64,000 nucleotides of DNA, taken from NCBI GenBank assembly GCA_964016885.1, contig OZ024743.1, positions 348,998,001 to 349,062,000 on the forward strand. Reading direction: 5' to 3'. The notes below the pieces were generated by a model. That model ran no database searches, was not told where the DNA came from, and saw only the letters and a program-made list of their open reading frames with translations. The translations under genes were made by a program, and so were the position numbers. Below are positions 41,242-60,179 of this stretch, in pieces. Numbering within the stretch: the stretch's first letter is position 1; each line of letters begins with the position of its first letter. The DNA is from Eledone cirrhosa (Eukaryota).

Positions 41242-41746
41242 TGGTGTATGTGTGTAATCTGTGCCTGTGTAAGTTTGTATGTGTATGAGTGTTTGCCTGC
41301 ACACTTGTGTTTATTTATTTTCAATTTTCGCATTTGCGTTTTCACACACGCACACATTTGCACACTTGTGTGCAAATATACACACACGTGGGTATTGTAT
41401 TTCATGTGTTCGCGAAGGTATTTTGTCTGTATGCACGTGTGCGTATGATGGCATGCCCTTATGTTGTATAATAAACATTTTGCATCCACACTAGCTTGAC
41501 CCAGGTGTTATTTATCTCTGTTGGCGATTTAAACTATTCTATATACTACGATATTTGAAGTGCTAGCAGCTACTATGTTGCCCGAAACACCGAGTGAAAA
41601 TGTACGTGTTGTCAGGTTCCACTAGAAATACCAGCTAAATCTATCTCGAGCCATATTCAATCGTCTTAAATTAGGAGGGGAAAATAAATAACGTGATAGC
41701 CTTTCTTGATTAAACAATAATCAGCTTCATAATCCTGCATGTTGCC

Positions 41747-41821
41747 GAAGAAGAAGAAGAAGAAGAAGAAGAAGAAGAAGAAGAAGAAGAAGAAGAAGAA
41801 GAAGAAGAAGAAGAAGAAGAA
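41747..41821 (+). repeat. (AAG)n microsatellite
   Basis: Direct observation. Confidence 0.95.
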
Positions 41822-42023
41822 TGAAGAGGTAGGGGAGATTGGAAGGAGGAGGAGGATGAGGAGGAGAAAAAGAAGAGCAAACACATTAAAGGATTGGGGA
41901 AGGAGTAAATTGACCACAGTATGTTACTGGAGCTTTATTTTATCGATACCGTAAGGATGAAAGGCAACACTATCCTCGGTAGGATTTCTCCTCAGGATAC
42001 ACACACATATATATATATATATA

Positions 42024-42102
<79 letters not shown>

Positions 42103-42471
42103 AATCATGAATTCTCCCTCCCGAGAATTTTTCAGTTGTAACGGTCAGTTCAAGAAGTAGTTCATTCATTTGAGAGGTCTCTTGAAAAACCGATGGCCTC
42201 ACGACTCCGGTGAACTGGTTTGGTGCACTGAGGTTTCCAAAGATTCCGCGAAACTGCAGTCGGTATTTTGGAGAAAAAATAGTTATATTTTATCTAATAC
42301 TTTCGTCACATTTTTACTTGGATAGATTGCGCTGATTAGATGAAGATCCCTTAATTATTTCAGTTACTAAGCAAAACTGGTCAAGGCGGACACCATACAT
42401 ATATTTATATTTATTTTTATGAATCTGTGTGTGTATCTTATTACTATATATATATATATATATAAATAAAT

Positions 42472-42800
42472 ATGTTTTTGAGTATATATTGGTTGTTTAC
42501 CGACGCCTCAATATGTAGATTGGAGCACTCGACGAAGTTGTCAGGTTGGTTTGCTTACTCCGGAGTAATGTAAAATATTTAATTCAAATATGTAAAATTT
42601 GGCTTCGTTTATTATAAATTATAGATATACTGCTATATATATTTCGGTGACAGCCATCATTGGCTGTGACCTCTTCAGGCAGTCCGAATTGGTGTGGGAA
42701 AGACAGGTACACATGTCGTTGAAGTATGTTTTACTCCGTCAATACATCGATATGTCCAGCTCCTGGTTGTGTTGTTATTCCCCTGAGGAACTGGAATCAT
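42472..42800 (-). mobile_element. Family B solo terminal repeat with full tail
   Basis: Diverged reverse complement homolog of 21755-22067; (TA)n flanks. Confidence 0.8.
42629..42683 (-). ncRNA. Type I HHR, family B (canonical G10.1-C11.1)
   Basis: Reverse complement actgc-CTGAAGA-Ggtcacagccaatgatggctgtcac-C-GAAA-tatatata-gcagt. Confidence 0.85.
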
Positions 42801-42820
42801 ATATATATAGATGAGACCTT

Positions 42821-42939
<119 letters not shown>

Positions 42940-42945
42940 TATATA

Positions 42946-42986
<41 letters not shown>

Positions 42987-42987
42987 T

Positions 42988-43148
<161 letters not shown>

Positions 43149-43715
43149 TTTGTGAATGGGTGGTGGTTGAAATTCAGTAGACGTAGTCGGATGGACATGA
43201 AAATGTACACACCTATGTAAAAAGTGCCAGGGAAGCAAATAGACGAGGCTTTAAATCTCTAACTTGAGAAATGTGGTCTCTAAGGCCCCAAAACTGTCTA
43301 TTTACTATCGCTTTCGGTGAGTTATTTCCCCCTGTTCTAATACTTGGATGAGTTATTTTCCGTAGTCGCTTTCAATATTCATTGTCTTATTTACAATTTC
43401 ATACGCATTTTTAAACTCATCAAATTTTTCATAACTTATCAAACACAACGTTCTCTCGCTGTCAACATACATACAGTACCGTTTTATGAAATCGATTTTG
43501 CATTACCATTTTACGAAATGCCAAACCGAAAACGGTCACTGTTTTCCATCAAAAGAAATAAAACCTTTAAATTGCGAAGAGGGAGGCGTGTTCTCAGGTA
43601 CGTTTTTTCCAATATCATTTTTATTTTTATTCTAATACATGTTAACCACCACTAACAGTAAGTAGTATTGTTCAAAGTCAAATGAAAAGTTTAAAGATTA
43701 CATGCATGTAAACTT

Positions 43716-43935
43716 AATGAATGGGATCTATAAGCCTGTCGGTTGCCGAGTTAATTCATTCAATTTTTTTTAAATATCCATTGTAAACTTATTGAATGGG
43801 ATCTATAAGCCGTTTGGTTGCCGAGTTAATTAATTCAGTTTTTTTTTTATATTCATTGTAAAGTTAATGAATGGGATCTATAAGCCCTTTGGTTGCCGAG
43901 TTAATTAATTCAGTTTTTCTTTTAATATTCATTGT
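43716..43935 (+). repeat. ~75-bp minisatellite x3 in Helitron 5' region
   Basis: tgaatgggatctataagcc..ggttgccgagttaatt repeated three times; 43468-43577 is also duplicated at ~44066-44173. Confidence 0.85.
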
Positions 43936-44539
43936 CCTATTTAAAAAATCACATAAAAGACAACGTTATTTCGCTGTTAATAAACTGTTGCCTTCTACAG
44001 TACGTTTCATTTTCATTTTTCATTTACATTTGCTCAATATTAAATTTAAATACTTCTATAACGATCATACAGTACCGTTTTATGAAATCGATTCTGCAGT
44101 AGAATTTTACGAAATGCCAAACTGAAAAGGTCACTGTTTTCTAATAAAAGTAATAAAACCCTTACATTGCGAACCCCCTGTTCTAATACTGGGGTTAGTT
44201 ATTTCCCTCTCTTCTAATAAACGTCTAATATATAGAGGCCCCTCTTGCTGACCAGGGCAATCAAAGTGTAAACTATCATACAAATCTTCATAATCTGCAT
44301 TTTTAAACTTGCATATCATCGACATTGCTATGTCGCTGTTAATAAACTATCACCTTCTACATTTACAGTTATTGCTATTATCCTTTTATAATTACTTCGA
44401 TGGCTAATTCGCATTCATGTCTTCTTTTAATATTGTTATTCCATTATAGTGTTGAATAAGATGCCCACACACAGCTAATAGATCACATCCATGTCGGCTA
44501 TTTTTTTTTACCCATTTAGGCAGCCTGTCCTTATGAGCA

Positions 44540-47500
44540 GCTCCATCAGCACCAAACACAATTCTGGAGGAGACTTCAGAGGCAAGGGAGTCCCGTCTTT
44601 CTTCTGAGCTCATTCAACCACAATGCTTACGTTTGGCGGAAACTTCAGAGGTAAGGGAGGCCCACCTTGCTGTTAGCCGCACTCGACGTCAACAATTACT
44701 TCTCAACGAGACTGCGGAGGCCAGGGAGGCCCGTTTACAAGACCTGCACACTCGACGGCAACAATCACTTCTCAACGAGACTGCAGAGGCAAGTGAAGAC
44801 AGGCTGGCATCGAGACGGCGTAGACGTCAGGAACATGCTGCTGCTACAAGGGTCACCTTTTGATCAAAAGTTGGCTTCAACTACAATCCTGCTTATGACT
44901 ACGCCAATCGCACGGATATGACACTTGGAAAATCGATAAGGTATGTCAGTTCTGTGAGGCTAAGATTTGGGTAAGTGAGGCTCCAGGTCTTTGCTGTTCC
45001 GGGGGCAAGGTTCGACGTCCGGCGTTGGCTGATCCTCCTGATTTTCCCCAATATCTTCTCATCGATAACTCTACCACGGAGTGCACTTTCGTAACAACAT
45101 TTGGAGGTACATTGCTTGCTTCGCTATAACATCTTTCAATGTAAGGGATGGCAGAAATAGAAGAACAAGCACTGACGACACTTCTGTCGCCAGTACTTCT
45201 CGAAACAACGACACAAGGCTGAGATAAAAACTCTACACCTACAAAATTCAAGGGCAGTGTTACCATCTAATGGGAAGCCTTCGACCACAACAAGGAGAGG
45301 AACCGAAATTCTTGCAAGTATTCTTCATGGGCGGGAATGATGAGGAGCTTTCCCTCAGATGCAGGAATAATTCTCTTATTGACCGAAATATTATTGCGGA
45401 ACTTCAAGCCATGCTCCACGCAACCCATCCGTACGTCCGCGAACTGAAGAGTGCTTTGGATCTTTTGGACTCAAGACCTGAGATGAAATTGGTCATTCAG
45501 AGCTGACAGACCTCCTGCTGGTGAGCATCCTGGACGTTTCAACGCTCCAACTACCAATGAGGTAGCAGGGATCATGGTTGATGAAATTCATGGCAGACGT
45601 GACATCATCATTCAGCACCGCGATAACAGACAGACGATCGTGGCGGAAACCCATCGGTCCTACGATTGATTGCAATACCCACTGCTGTTTCCCTACGGCG
45701 AGGATGGATACTATTTGCAAATACATCAAGTTAACTCGACAAGTGTTAATCCTTTGCCAAAAAACTTTTCCAGTATGGACTTTTATTCATACAGACTTAT
45801 GGTCAGAGATGGTCAATTCAACCAACTATTGAGGTTCAAGGAGGTGACAAACCAGTTCTTGGTTGATATGTACGCCAAGATTGAAGCGGAACGTCTTTTG
45901 TACATACGTACCAATCAGACCGAACTAAGAGCGGTTGATTACGCTCATCTTCGGGATGCTTTGCAGCCTGACGGTGACGAAACCAACATTGGACATCGGG
46001 TGATCCTTCCTTCAAGCTTCACTGGCTCACCTCGGTACATGCATAAACGGACACAGGGCGTCATAGCGTATGTCCGTAACTTTGGGCGGCCATATCTTTT
46101 TATTACCTTCACATGTAATCCAAATTGGGTGGAAATTAAGGAGAAGTTATTCGCGCGCCAGCAGACGAGTAACAGGCATTATATTACAGCCAGAGTTTTC
46201 CACGGTAAGTTGAAAAAACTGATGTCCTTGCTGAAAGACAAGAACATTTTCGGACCACTCAATGCTTGGATGTATACTGGAATGGCAGAATCGGGGTCTT
46301 CCATACGTACATATTCTCATTTGGTGCAAAGAACGAATCAGACCTGCGGACATTGATCGAGTTATATGTGCAGTGTTGCCCGATCCCGATATTGACTCGC
46401 AGCTTCACAGCATCATTCTTTCTAATATGATACATGGACCCTGTGGTGCCCTCAACAGCAAAAAATCGTGTATGAAGGGCAACAAGCGCACCAAACACTA
46501 CCCTAGGGCCTTCTCGAGGGAAACTTGCACTGGGGTTGACGGCTATCCCATCTACCAGCGGCTTGTTCCTGATTTTGGCGGCTGTACAGCTATGGTTACG
46601 AGGGATGGGATAACATACGAGGCTGACAACAGCTGGGTAGTGCCTTATAGCCCTTTGCTTGCTAAAATGTTCAATGCTCACATCAACGTGGAGTGATACA
46701 CATCTGTCAAAAGCATTAAATACATTTGCAAATACATCAACAAAGACGGTGACATGGCGGTGGTGGGCCTCGTGCAACCGACAGACGAAATTAATCAATA
46801 CGTGATGGGAAGGTACATTTCGTCCAATATGGCGGCTTGGCGTATTTTTGGACATGAGATTCACAAGTACTCTCCTACAGTTGTTAACTTGTATGTTCAC
46901 TTACAGAATGGACAACGTGTTTATTTCACGAAGGAAAACGCTACACTCACTGCACAACAGCCACCAGAGACGACTCTTACAGCATTGTTTAAGATTTGCT
47001 CTGTCGAAGAGTTTGGATTTACCCTCTTTTACGTCGAGGTACCAACCTATTTCACTTGGTCGAACAAAAATTGGCATCGGTGGCGACAGGGGGTTGAAGT
47101 TGAGAATTGGGCAGGTGTATTCAAAAGTAATGCCATCGGACGTGTGTACAACGTTCATCCGAAGCAACAGGAATGCTTTTTTTTTAGAATGCTGCTCCAT
47201 CGAATCAAAGGACCCAAGTCATTTGCAGACCTCAGACTTTCAGACGGTTACATTTGTTCCACTTACAGGGAGGCTTGCGTGAAGCGCGGGCTACTCGAGG
47301 ATGATGTCCACCTGAACATGGCATTGACAGAAGCTGCTGAATGTAAAATGCCACGAGAAATGCGTCGTTTGTTTTGCAATATGTTACTGTTCTGCAATGT
47401 CAGTGAGCCACTTAAGCTATGGGAAACGCACAAGGACAGCATGTCAGAGGACATCCTGCGTAGAGTACGAGTAAGGGCACCAGCGGCTGACTTTCATTAC

Positions 47501-49030
47501 AACGCCAATGTATACAATGAGGCCCTCATTGACATGGATAAACGTCTAAGATCTGTTGGAGTTGGCGTTGTATTAGAATCCTGTTTGGCACAACCTGTAC
47601 ATACAGACACTGCTTTAGATGTGGAGTTCATGCTTGAGTTGAATTACAACATCGAGGAATTGACAGATAAGGTCGCTCAAGATGAACCCAGGCTTTTGCC
47701 TGAGCAGAGGCGGGCGTATGACAGAATTATTGCCAGTATCATTTCAAATGAGGGATGCTCCAGGTGGAACAGGAGAAACCTTTCTCATAAACCTACTGCT
47801 TGCGAAGCTGCGCAAAGAGAGGCAGATTGCTTTAGCGGTCGCCTCAAGTGGTATTGCGGCGACACTGTTACATGGCGGTCGTACGGCACACTCCGCATTC
47901 CAATTGCCTATGGACCTTGCAAAGAAGGAGAATCCTACCTGCAGAATAAATCGTGGAGACTCTAAATGATACCTTCTTTCTGAGTGCTGTTTAATCATTT
48001 GGGACCAGGCTACAATGAGTCACAAGGCAGCGTTTGAGGCTCTAGACCGAACTATCAAGGACTTGCGTCGAAATTCACACGTAATGGGTGGAGCGACAGT
48101 ACTGATGGCTGGCGATTTTCGGCAGACTCTTCCTGTAATCACTAGAGGCACTAGAGCTGACGAAGTTAAAGCATGCATCTAGTTTTCCTACCTATGGCAG
48201 TATGTCCAGAAATTAAACCTGACTACTAACATGAGAGTGCATGTGCATGGCGACGCAGAATCTGAGGATTTTTAAAACAGCTAGTGGAAGTTTGTAATGG
48301 AACTACACCTGGAATCGATGAACAGCACATCTGTCTGCCGTTTGAAAACTTTGTAACAAACAGAGGAATTAATGTCATCTGTTTTCCCAGACCTCGAAGC
48401 ACAATTCCTTGATCACAACTGGCTGCAAGGGAGAGCTATTTTAGCACCACATAATGCCACCGTTGATGCAATGAATCAACACCTGCTTGATCAGATTCCA
48501 GGAGGGGAAGTCTCCTTCAAGTCAATTGACACCAACAAAAACGCGGACCACGCCGTCAGATATCCGATTGAATTCCTCAACAGTCAACAACCTCCCGGAC
48601 TTCCACCTCATGACCATAGACTGGAGGTTGGTGTTCCAGATATGCTGCTAAGAAACGTGGAACCACCAGAACTATGCAACGGGGCGCGTCTGATCATCAC
48701 AAAAATTGGGACACCAATCCTTACGACAAAAATTCTGAGCGGATCGTCTGCTGGCGGGACAAAGTTATTATCCCCCATAAGCCTTAGTCCCTATGACGTC
48801 CCATTTGAATTTATGAGACGGCAGTTTCCCGTAAAACTCTGCTTTGCAATGTGTATCAACAAGGCACAGGGACAGTCACTGCAAGTGGGTGGCCTAAATC
48901 TGACAGAGCAGGTATTTACACACGCTCAACAATACGTCGGCTGCTCACGCGTCAGCAGTCCACACAATCTCTACATTTGTGGTAATCCGGGTAATACCAG
49001 GAACGTTGTCTACAAAGAAGCACTGCAAAA
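44540..49030 (+). pseudogene. Helitron Rep (HUH) + PIF1-like helicase, many stops and frameshifts
   Basis: ETAEAREARL repeats, CQFCEA..CCSGGKV, LQYPLLFPYGEDG, LPSSFTGSPRYM, FITFTCNPNW, EWQNRGLPYVHIL, IKYICKYINK, APGGTGETF (Walker A K->E), GDFRQTLPV, QFPVKLCFAMCINKAQGQSL, YVGCSRV. Confidence 0.92.
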
Positions 49031-49249
49031 AACACCTTTGAAGCTTCCGCCATTCCTCTACCGTCGCCACTCAACGTCTCACAACGCTTTTCACGTCGCT
49101 CCACTTCTCATTGTACGCGGTCCAGCCCCAAGTGCATAGTTCTATTTTTTTTCTTGATACTGCTTCTTTATAATACACTTTGAATAATATTTTTCAAATT
49201 ATTAACTTAATAAAAAGTGGTCCCAGGTGCAACTGGGCTCAGCTGCTAG

Positions 49250-49280
<31 letters not shown>

Positions 49281-49589
49281 CAATGTCACATATGTCGCAT
49301 CTATAAAAAAGAACACATACGGCAATATCTGGCGTTCAACTGACCCCAAGTATTTAATAAGCTACCAAAAATCTAAGAGATCTAAATGGTATGCATGTAG
49401 GTGTTTTCAAGAAAGATCTTGTCATCCTGTTGACCAAGATCTCTGATGAACCCACAGCGGAGCGCAAATAAGAGCAGCAGTAATAAACTCCCATTCCATT
49501 ACTGGGCAACAAGCGAAGCCTGGTTATAGAAAATGCCCCATTATATCCTTAGCCTCTTGGCTTTGACATGTAATAGAATTATAGATTAA

Positions 49590-49775
49590 TTGTTTCTACT
49601 ATTCGCACAAGACCAGCAATTTAACCAGTGTATTACTGGTACTTTATTTTATCGACCTCGTAAGGATGAAAGGCAAAGTTAACCTCGGCGTGATTTGAAC
49701 TCAGAATGGCAAGGGCCGTAACTCTACGCGTCAAAGCATGGTGGCCGACCCTCTGCCGATACTGCCAATCCATCA
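49590..49775 (-). mobile_element. tRNA-derived SINE
   Basis: Reverse complement homolog of 17846-18035. Confidence 0.85.
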
Positions 49776-50379
49776 CATTAATAGAATATATGTATATATA
49801 TGTGCGTGTGTATGTGTGTATGTGAGTGAGTGTGTGTGTGTGCGTGCGTGTGTGTGTATGTTTGCGTGCCTGTATGTGTGTTGGTATGCATTATTCAGAG
49901 GCCTATTTTGACGTTAGCTGGTCATCATATCTTAGCGTAGCTTATGCCAGCACTTCACCACCTTCACCACACACATGCACACACGCACACGCATGCATAC
50001 ACATGCACTCACAAACACCTACGCATGTGTGTGCAAATTTGTATAAATATCTATTGTTGTATATATAAGTATGTAGGTTATTACAGATTGGATGTGTTCG
50101 TGCTGCGACTATGATCATTGAAAGACATTTAATGGTGTGGGCTGAGCCATCTGAAATATGTCGTGTCCAACATTTACTGACATGACCAGATTAAGTCATC
50201 AAAAACTTGACAAGACCTAATCAGAAAGGTAATAGTAGAGAAATGATAAAGCCATGTTTACACCGTCACCGTTACCAACACTAGCCGCTCAGCCTGTAAA
50301 CCAGCCTTCCATCCGGCAAGCCTGCTTTTAACAGTGATGTCAGATATACTCATGCACCAACTCTTCACAGCTAACTGTC

Positions 50380-53620
<3,241 letters not shown>

Positions 53621-53877
53621 AACAATTTGTATCGCATAGCTAGACACACTAAGAACGGCAGCTAAATTTCCCAAAACCCTACCTCATCATTTTGAAAATA
53701 GAAAGAGGACATATTGAATAGCGGTGTTCCTGCATTTACTTAGAACGACATGGTAGTCATAGACGGAAAAATATTTGATCATAGAGCATTTCGTTGAGGT
53801 CTGACGTAAGCAATATAAACATCATTACAACCAAAATCTTAGACAGACATCATTTCCACCCCAACCTCCACCGGTAA

Positions 53878-53963
<86 letters not shown>

Positions 53964-53984
53964 ATTGAGAGAGAAAGAGAGAGA

Positions 53985-54371
<387 letters not shown>

Positions 54372-55665
54372 CTAGCAGAAAAACCACCATCTGGTGGTTT
54401 TCTGCTAGCAAGTGTAGTGTGTATATTGATATTATACACAGGTATATATACATGTAGATATGATACATCAAATAAAAGCGTAATTGACAATATATAATAC
54501 ATAGAAATTGAACGAAGACTGCGTTACCCTGTCTTATTTAATCAGTAACGTAATCCATGATACATTAAAAAAGATGATATTATATATAAACTGCATTAGG
54601 AGAAAATTAGTGGCAGAAAATTAGTTTATTTAAGCGATGGCCAACCGGAAGTGTTGACATTTCGGAAATGTTAAAGAAGTCCCGCGCTCCTTACTTTATT
54701 ATAGTTTTGCTGAGTTTAAAAAAAAAAAGAGTTCATAAATAAATAGAGTTAATAAATAAATAAAACGTTATACTTGTTTTACCCTCCCATTTCCAATTAA
54801 ACCAAACGCTATCATGAATGTATGTGTGTGTTTGTGTAAATGTATATGGATGAATGTATGTATGTTTGTGTAAATGTATATGTGTGAATATATGTATGAA
54901 TGTATGTTTGTGTGAAAGTATGTGTGATTGTATATATATTTGTGTGAAAGAATACTCTCCCATCTCCAATTAAACCGAACGCTATCATGACTGTATGTGT
55001 GTGTTTGTGTAAATGTATGTGTTTGAATGTATTATATTATATTTAGAGTTATAAACTCAAACAGTCCTTTACAATTAATTAGCTCAAAGAAAGAAGCATT
55101 TCTGAGCCGTGGTCTTTACAATACAAACACTTATGTGTTTATCATATATTAATTTATGTTTGAATGTATGTTTGTTTGTGTGAAAGTATGTATGTTTGTG
55201 TGAAAGTATGTGTGAATGTATGTATATTTGTGTGAAAGTATGTGTATTTGTGTGAATTATGTCTGTGAGAGTGTATTTTTATAAGTTTGTGTTTGCACGA
55301 TTATAGTTATATACTCATAATAGTTATATACTCATACATATAGATGTATGTATGTGCACAATCATACGCGTTAGGTGCAGAAAATCATATTCTCTCTATC
55401 TCCCCCATCACAAACTCTCCCTTTCTATATATATATGGTAGTTGAAATGGGGGGGGGGGGGGGGGGGGCGACGATTTACCGGATGAGCAACTTTGTAAAG
55501 AAGTCAATTTGAAATTATTTATTTTTACGAAATTATTTTTGTTTACGAGATTTAGTAGATAAATTATGTAATATTCATTCATTATTTATTCAAAGTAATC
55601 CAACTTATTTTACAAAGAGGATAATAAAAATAAACCGTACGCAATCCCACAGACTTTCCTTTATT

Positions 55666-55794
<129 letters not shown>

Positions 55795-55959
55795 TATATG
55801 ATGCTGTGAAGATTTCCATTTAAAAACACATGGTTTATATTTATTGTTAATTTCTGCACAGATATAATGTTGCATTCTGATTTTTGATTTTGTGAAATTT
55901 ATAAAATTACAAGCTATTAAGAAGTTTTAAAATTAATTTTACCCAATCATTGTACCTTA

Positions 55960-56330
55960 TTTTTCTACTCCTTCCTGTTCCCCTTCTTCCTATTATTATT
56001 CCTGAGAGCGTCTCGGGGGCAGAGTCCTCAAACATTCCTTCCACCAGGATTTGTCAGAAACAACCGTATTCTATTGATCCGGCTAGATCCGCTAGAGAGA
56101 CCAGCTTAGCTCAGGGATATTTTCCAACCCTGATGATCGGTTTCAACCCCTGGGTCTCCCGTCTGTTGGTTTTCCCCGTAAAATCTGGCCAGCGATTTTA
56201 TCCTGGGACATCCTAACCACATGCCCATAGTATCGGAGCTATGATCTCTCAATTCGGAAAAGTAGCAGTTCTACCTGGAGCAGCCACGAACTCTATTGAG
56301 AAACCTTACTACAAAGATAGATCGGAGGAA
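55960..56330 (-). mobile_element. RTE-type LINE 3' end
   Basis: Homologous to 5070-5395 (gggcagagtcctcaaaca..ggttttccccc.taaaatctg.ccagcgatt..ctatgatctct..attcggaaaa). Confidence 0.7.
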
Positions 56331-56829
56331 GCTCGGATTTACACGTCATTTAGAAAATGCGAATAAATTATTAGTAAGCGGCGTAAAAGATCAATGAGCA
56401 AAAATGACTACAACAACAACGACGACAACTGCATGAATATCAGCTATACGATCACAATAAAAATAAAGCAACAAACAAAAATGTTGTACATTACGGTCTA
56501 TCCATCGGTGGTTTTGACGAAATTAAACGTCTAGCTTTTTTGTAAATTTTAACACAGATGTAACTTTGCTTTCTGATTTCGAGATTAAAGGTTATTTTCT
56601 GTGTGTGAAATGTATTATTAAAAAGTTACAATACATTAGATATGGGTTTACGTTAAACATACAAATATTTTTGCTTCAGGTAGCCACTTACACGGTAATT
56701 CAATGATTAGATATCCCATTGTTGAAACTGACAGAAGAATCAATTATTTTTATGTAATTGTGTATACATGTGTATGTATGTATGTATGTATGTATGTATG
56801 TATGTATGTATGTATGTATGTATGTATGT

Positions 56830-58230
56830 ATGTTATCTCTTTCTCTTAATTTCGAGTATATTTTTTTGACCGGCCACCTTCCTGGTGGCAAGGTTGTAAA
56901 AGAAAAGAAATTGTCATCCCTTGAATCGCAAGAATGTTTTGCAAATTTTGAAGGTGCCAGCTATCGCAGCTATTTGTAGACTATGAATTAGGGAGCTGCG
57001 CTCTTTGTCCGCAAATCCAAGTTCAGTCATACTTTGGTCCAAACGGGTTGGTATATAACCCGTAGCTCCAATAATTATGGGTATGAAGCTAAAGGTGTAT
57101 CTTGGATACTGGATTTGCAAACTCCTCATCAATGCTCCGTAGATGTCCTCCTTCTGTATTTTTCTGACAACGTTTACATAAAGTGTGCAGCTGATCTCCA
57201 CAACAGAACAGGTAGGTAGGTAGGTATGTATGTGTGTATGTATGTATGTATGTTTGTATGTATGTATGTATGTATGTATGTATGTATGTATGTATGTATG
57301 TATGTATGTATGTATGTAGGTAAGTAGGTAGGTATGTATGTATGTATGCATGTACGTATGCATGTATGTTCTTCTGGTTTTATAATTTCACAAATTTTGG
57401 CCAATAGAGAGAAAGTCGGTTTCCAACATAGTTACAATACTCTCTCATTGGAATTTACACAACATCGACTAGGTAGATACGTATGCATGACTGCATGCAT
57501 GCATGTGTAGGTAGGGATGTTATTGTATGTGTGGATGTAGATGTTTTGAGTTGTATGTGCGCATGTGTATACGCTTTGTATCAGTACATGTGCAGTTATT
57601 AGATGCAAATATTTGGAATGTTTTACATATTTTTACTGTTCCATTAATGGATTGCACTTGTAATTTTCTAACTAGTCGTGTTCCTTGTGTTCCTGTGAAG
57701 CCCAGCTTCTCTATATGTATGTATGTATGTATGTTCTTCTGGTTTCATAATTTCACAAATTTTGTTCCCAATAGAGAGAGAGTCGGTTTCTAACATAGAC
57801 ACAAGACTCTCTCATTGGAATGTACACAGCATCAACTAGGTAGATTATGTATGTATGCATGTTTTGAGTTGTATGTATGCACGTGCTTTGTATCTGTACA
57901 TGTGCAGTTATTAGATGCAAAATATGTGGAATGTTTTACATATTTTTACTGTTCCATTAATGGATTGTACTTGTAAATTCCTAACTAGTTGTATTCTTTC
58001 TGTTCCTGTGAAGCATAGCTTCTCAAGATTTATATTGAGGCAGTTACTAACATACCCCAGTGCCCCAATAATCACAGGCATTAATCTGGAGGTGTAATCA
58101 GGGTGGAGTATCTGCAGATTTATCATCAGTTCTGCATAAATATTCTCCTTTTAGCTAATCTTTGATATTATATTGGCATCTGCTGGGCAGCTAATTTACA
58201 CTACTGTGCATTTTTCTTCTCCCTGTCCCA
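56830..58230 (-). mobile_element. Cluster of three 5'-truncated RLE-type (R4/Dong/NeSL group) LINE 3' ends within (ATAC)n
   Basis: CSVVEISC..IPIIIGATGYIP..GTFKICKTFLRF (56914-57207); ISCPAD..MPVIIGALGYV..GTVKICKTF (57908-58215); a shorter duplicate 57368-57712. All are separated by (TATG)n. Confidence 0.8.
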
Positions 58231-58740
58231 TATAATAATGTATGTATGTATGTATGTATGTATGTATGTATGTATGTATGTATGTATGTATGTATGTATG
58301 TATTTATGTATGTATGTATGTATGTATGTATGTATGGGATTGGCTCTGTGCACAGTCTTTCCTCAGAAAAAATGTTCACGCACAGGCATTGCACAATAGC
58401 TTAATTGATAATTATTAATAATATTATATCGTGCAATGGCCATACTCGATAATGAGGGGGCAGCCATCATGTATGTATGGGTCTATAGACAGACAACAAC
58501 ACGGGTACACAGACATATAATGATACATATTTTTATTCTATTTATAGTCCCGAAACTTCGCCAGTGCGTCAATAATATCTTACCAAAACATGTATTATAT
58601 GTTTCTAAGTGTATTGGAACGAAACTGTAGGTCATTCATCACACACACACAAACACACACACACACACTCACACACACATGCACACACACACGCGCGCGC
58701 ATAATACATGCATAGTATATATATTTATATATATATATAT

Positions 58741-58993
58741 ATTTAAAGGTTAAACATGTTTCAATGAATAAATCAAAGAATGAGTTTTACAATAGATTGG
58801 AAGCACTCAACAGTTGATTTTCCATTTTTACCATCACTGAATCTTAACCATCTACTAAGTCAGGGTATGTCATGCATCATCTTATTTTATCTGGTGAGGA
58901 CGTAGTGTTGAAGATAGCTCAGTACATCTGAAATATGTATAATAAAATATACTTGATCATACGAATGTCTATTTTTGTTAATATTTTGAATTA

Positions 58994-58995
<2 letters not shown>
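58741..58995. mobile_element. Miniature derivative of the 8121-11966 PLE family (inverted tail + pLTR with mutated HHR)
   Basis: 58741-58810 resembles 8121-8191 and 58830-58995 resembles 11815-11966; core CTGGTGA..GAAATATGTATAATAAAAT; (TA)n flanks. Confidence 0.8.
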
Positions 58996-59080
<85 letters not shown>

Positions 59081-59173
59081 TATATATATATATGTGTGTG
59101 TATATATACTATGCGCGCGCGTATATGTGTGTGTGTGTCATTTACGTGATTATAACCACATGTTCACGTACAC

Positions 59174-59279
<106 letters not shown>

Positions 59280-59563
59280 TTATATATATATATGATACTC
59301 AATAATATTTTAGATTTCTGCGTTACACATATATTCCTAATATAGGGATGTCATTAAACTTTGGTGGGATTGTGACCTTTGGTGACATATTGTCACTTAA
59401 CATTTCGGAATGTTCGTTTACTGAAAGGTCACGTGTCAATATTCAAAGAGTGAACGACTAGCAGAAAGTACAATGTGTGGGTATAGGGTATCGGTTGCGA
59501 TTGAAAAGGTGAACTACTAATATTACTACTATTACAGCTGCTGCTGCTCGGCTGCTGCTGCTG

Positions 59564-59617
<54 letters not shown>

Positions 59618-60179
59618 ATGTCAATATTACTGCTGCTGCTTTCATAATACTATATCTATTATTGCTGTTACTACTATTTCTACTACTACTATTACTACTA
59701 AAACAACTTTGATACATGTCAACGACACCATCGATTTCTGACATTGACTTTGAGGACAAATATGTATTTTTTCATTGGGATGGAGGTGGGGCAAAAGTTG
59801 TTATAGCTTATTCCACGAAATCCACTAGAATGAAACACAAATTTGAACTAACAGGATTTAAAATGTAGAACTTAACTAAACATCGCAAGGTATTTTGTCT
59901 GATGTCCTACCAATTGAGCTATGAACTAATAACAAAATTGGAGCCATTATATTACGATTAAATATAATTACGCTGGGTATCTCATATCTACTATGGTGAC
60001 TTGCAATACGAAAAGCTACCGCATTTACCCAAGCAATTAAGTAATAAATCTCCTTTTCTGTGTGTTACAAATATCAAAACAAGCAAGAATGCCGATAGTT
60101 CAGTTGATTCAATGTTTGGACAATGAAGAATGGTGTTAATGACCGTTACAACAGTCACTTTCAATCATTTTGCCTAACA

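Noticed and set aside
43716-43935. Repeat array as CRISPR-like
   Set aside because: Eukaryotic context; these are whole-unit tandem repeats with no unique spacers and no cas genes.
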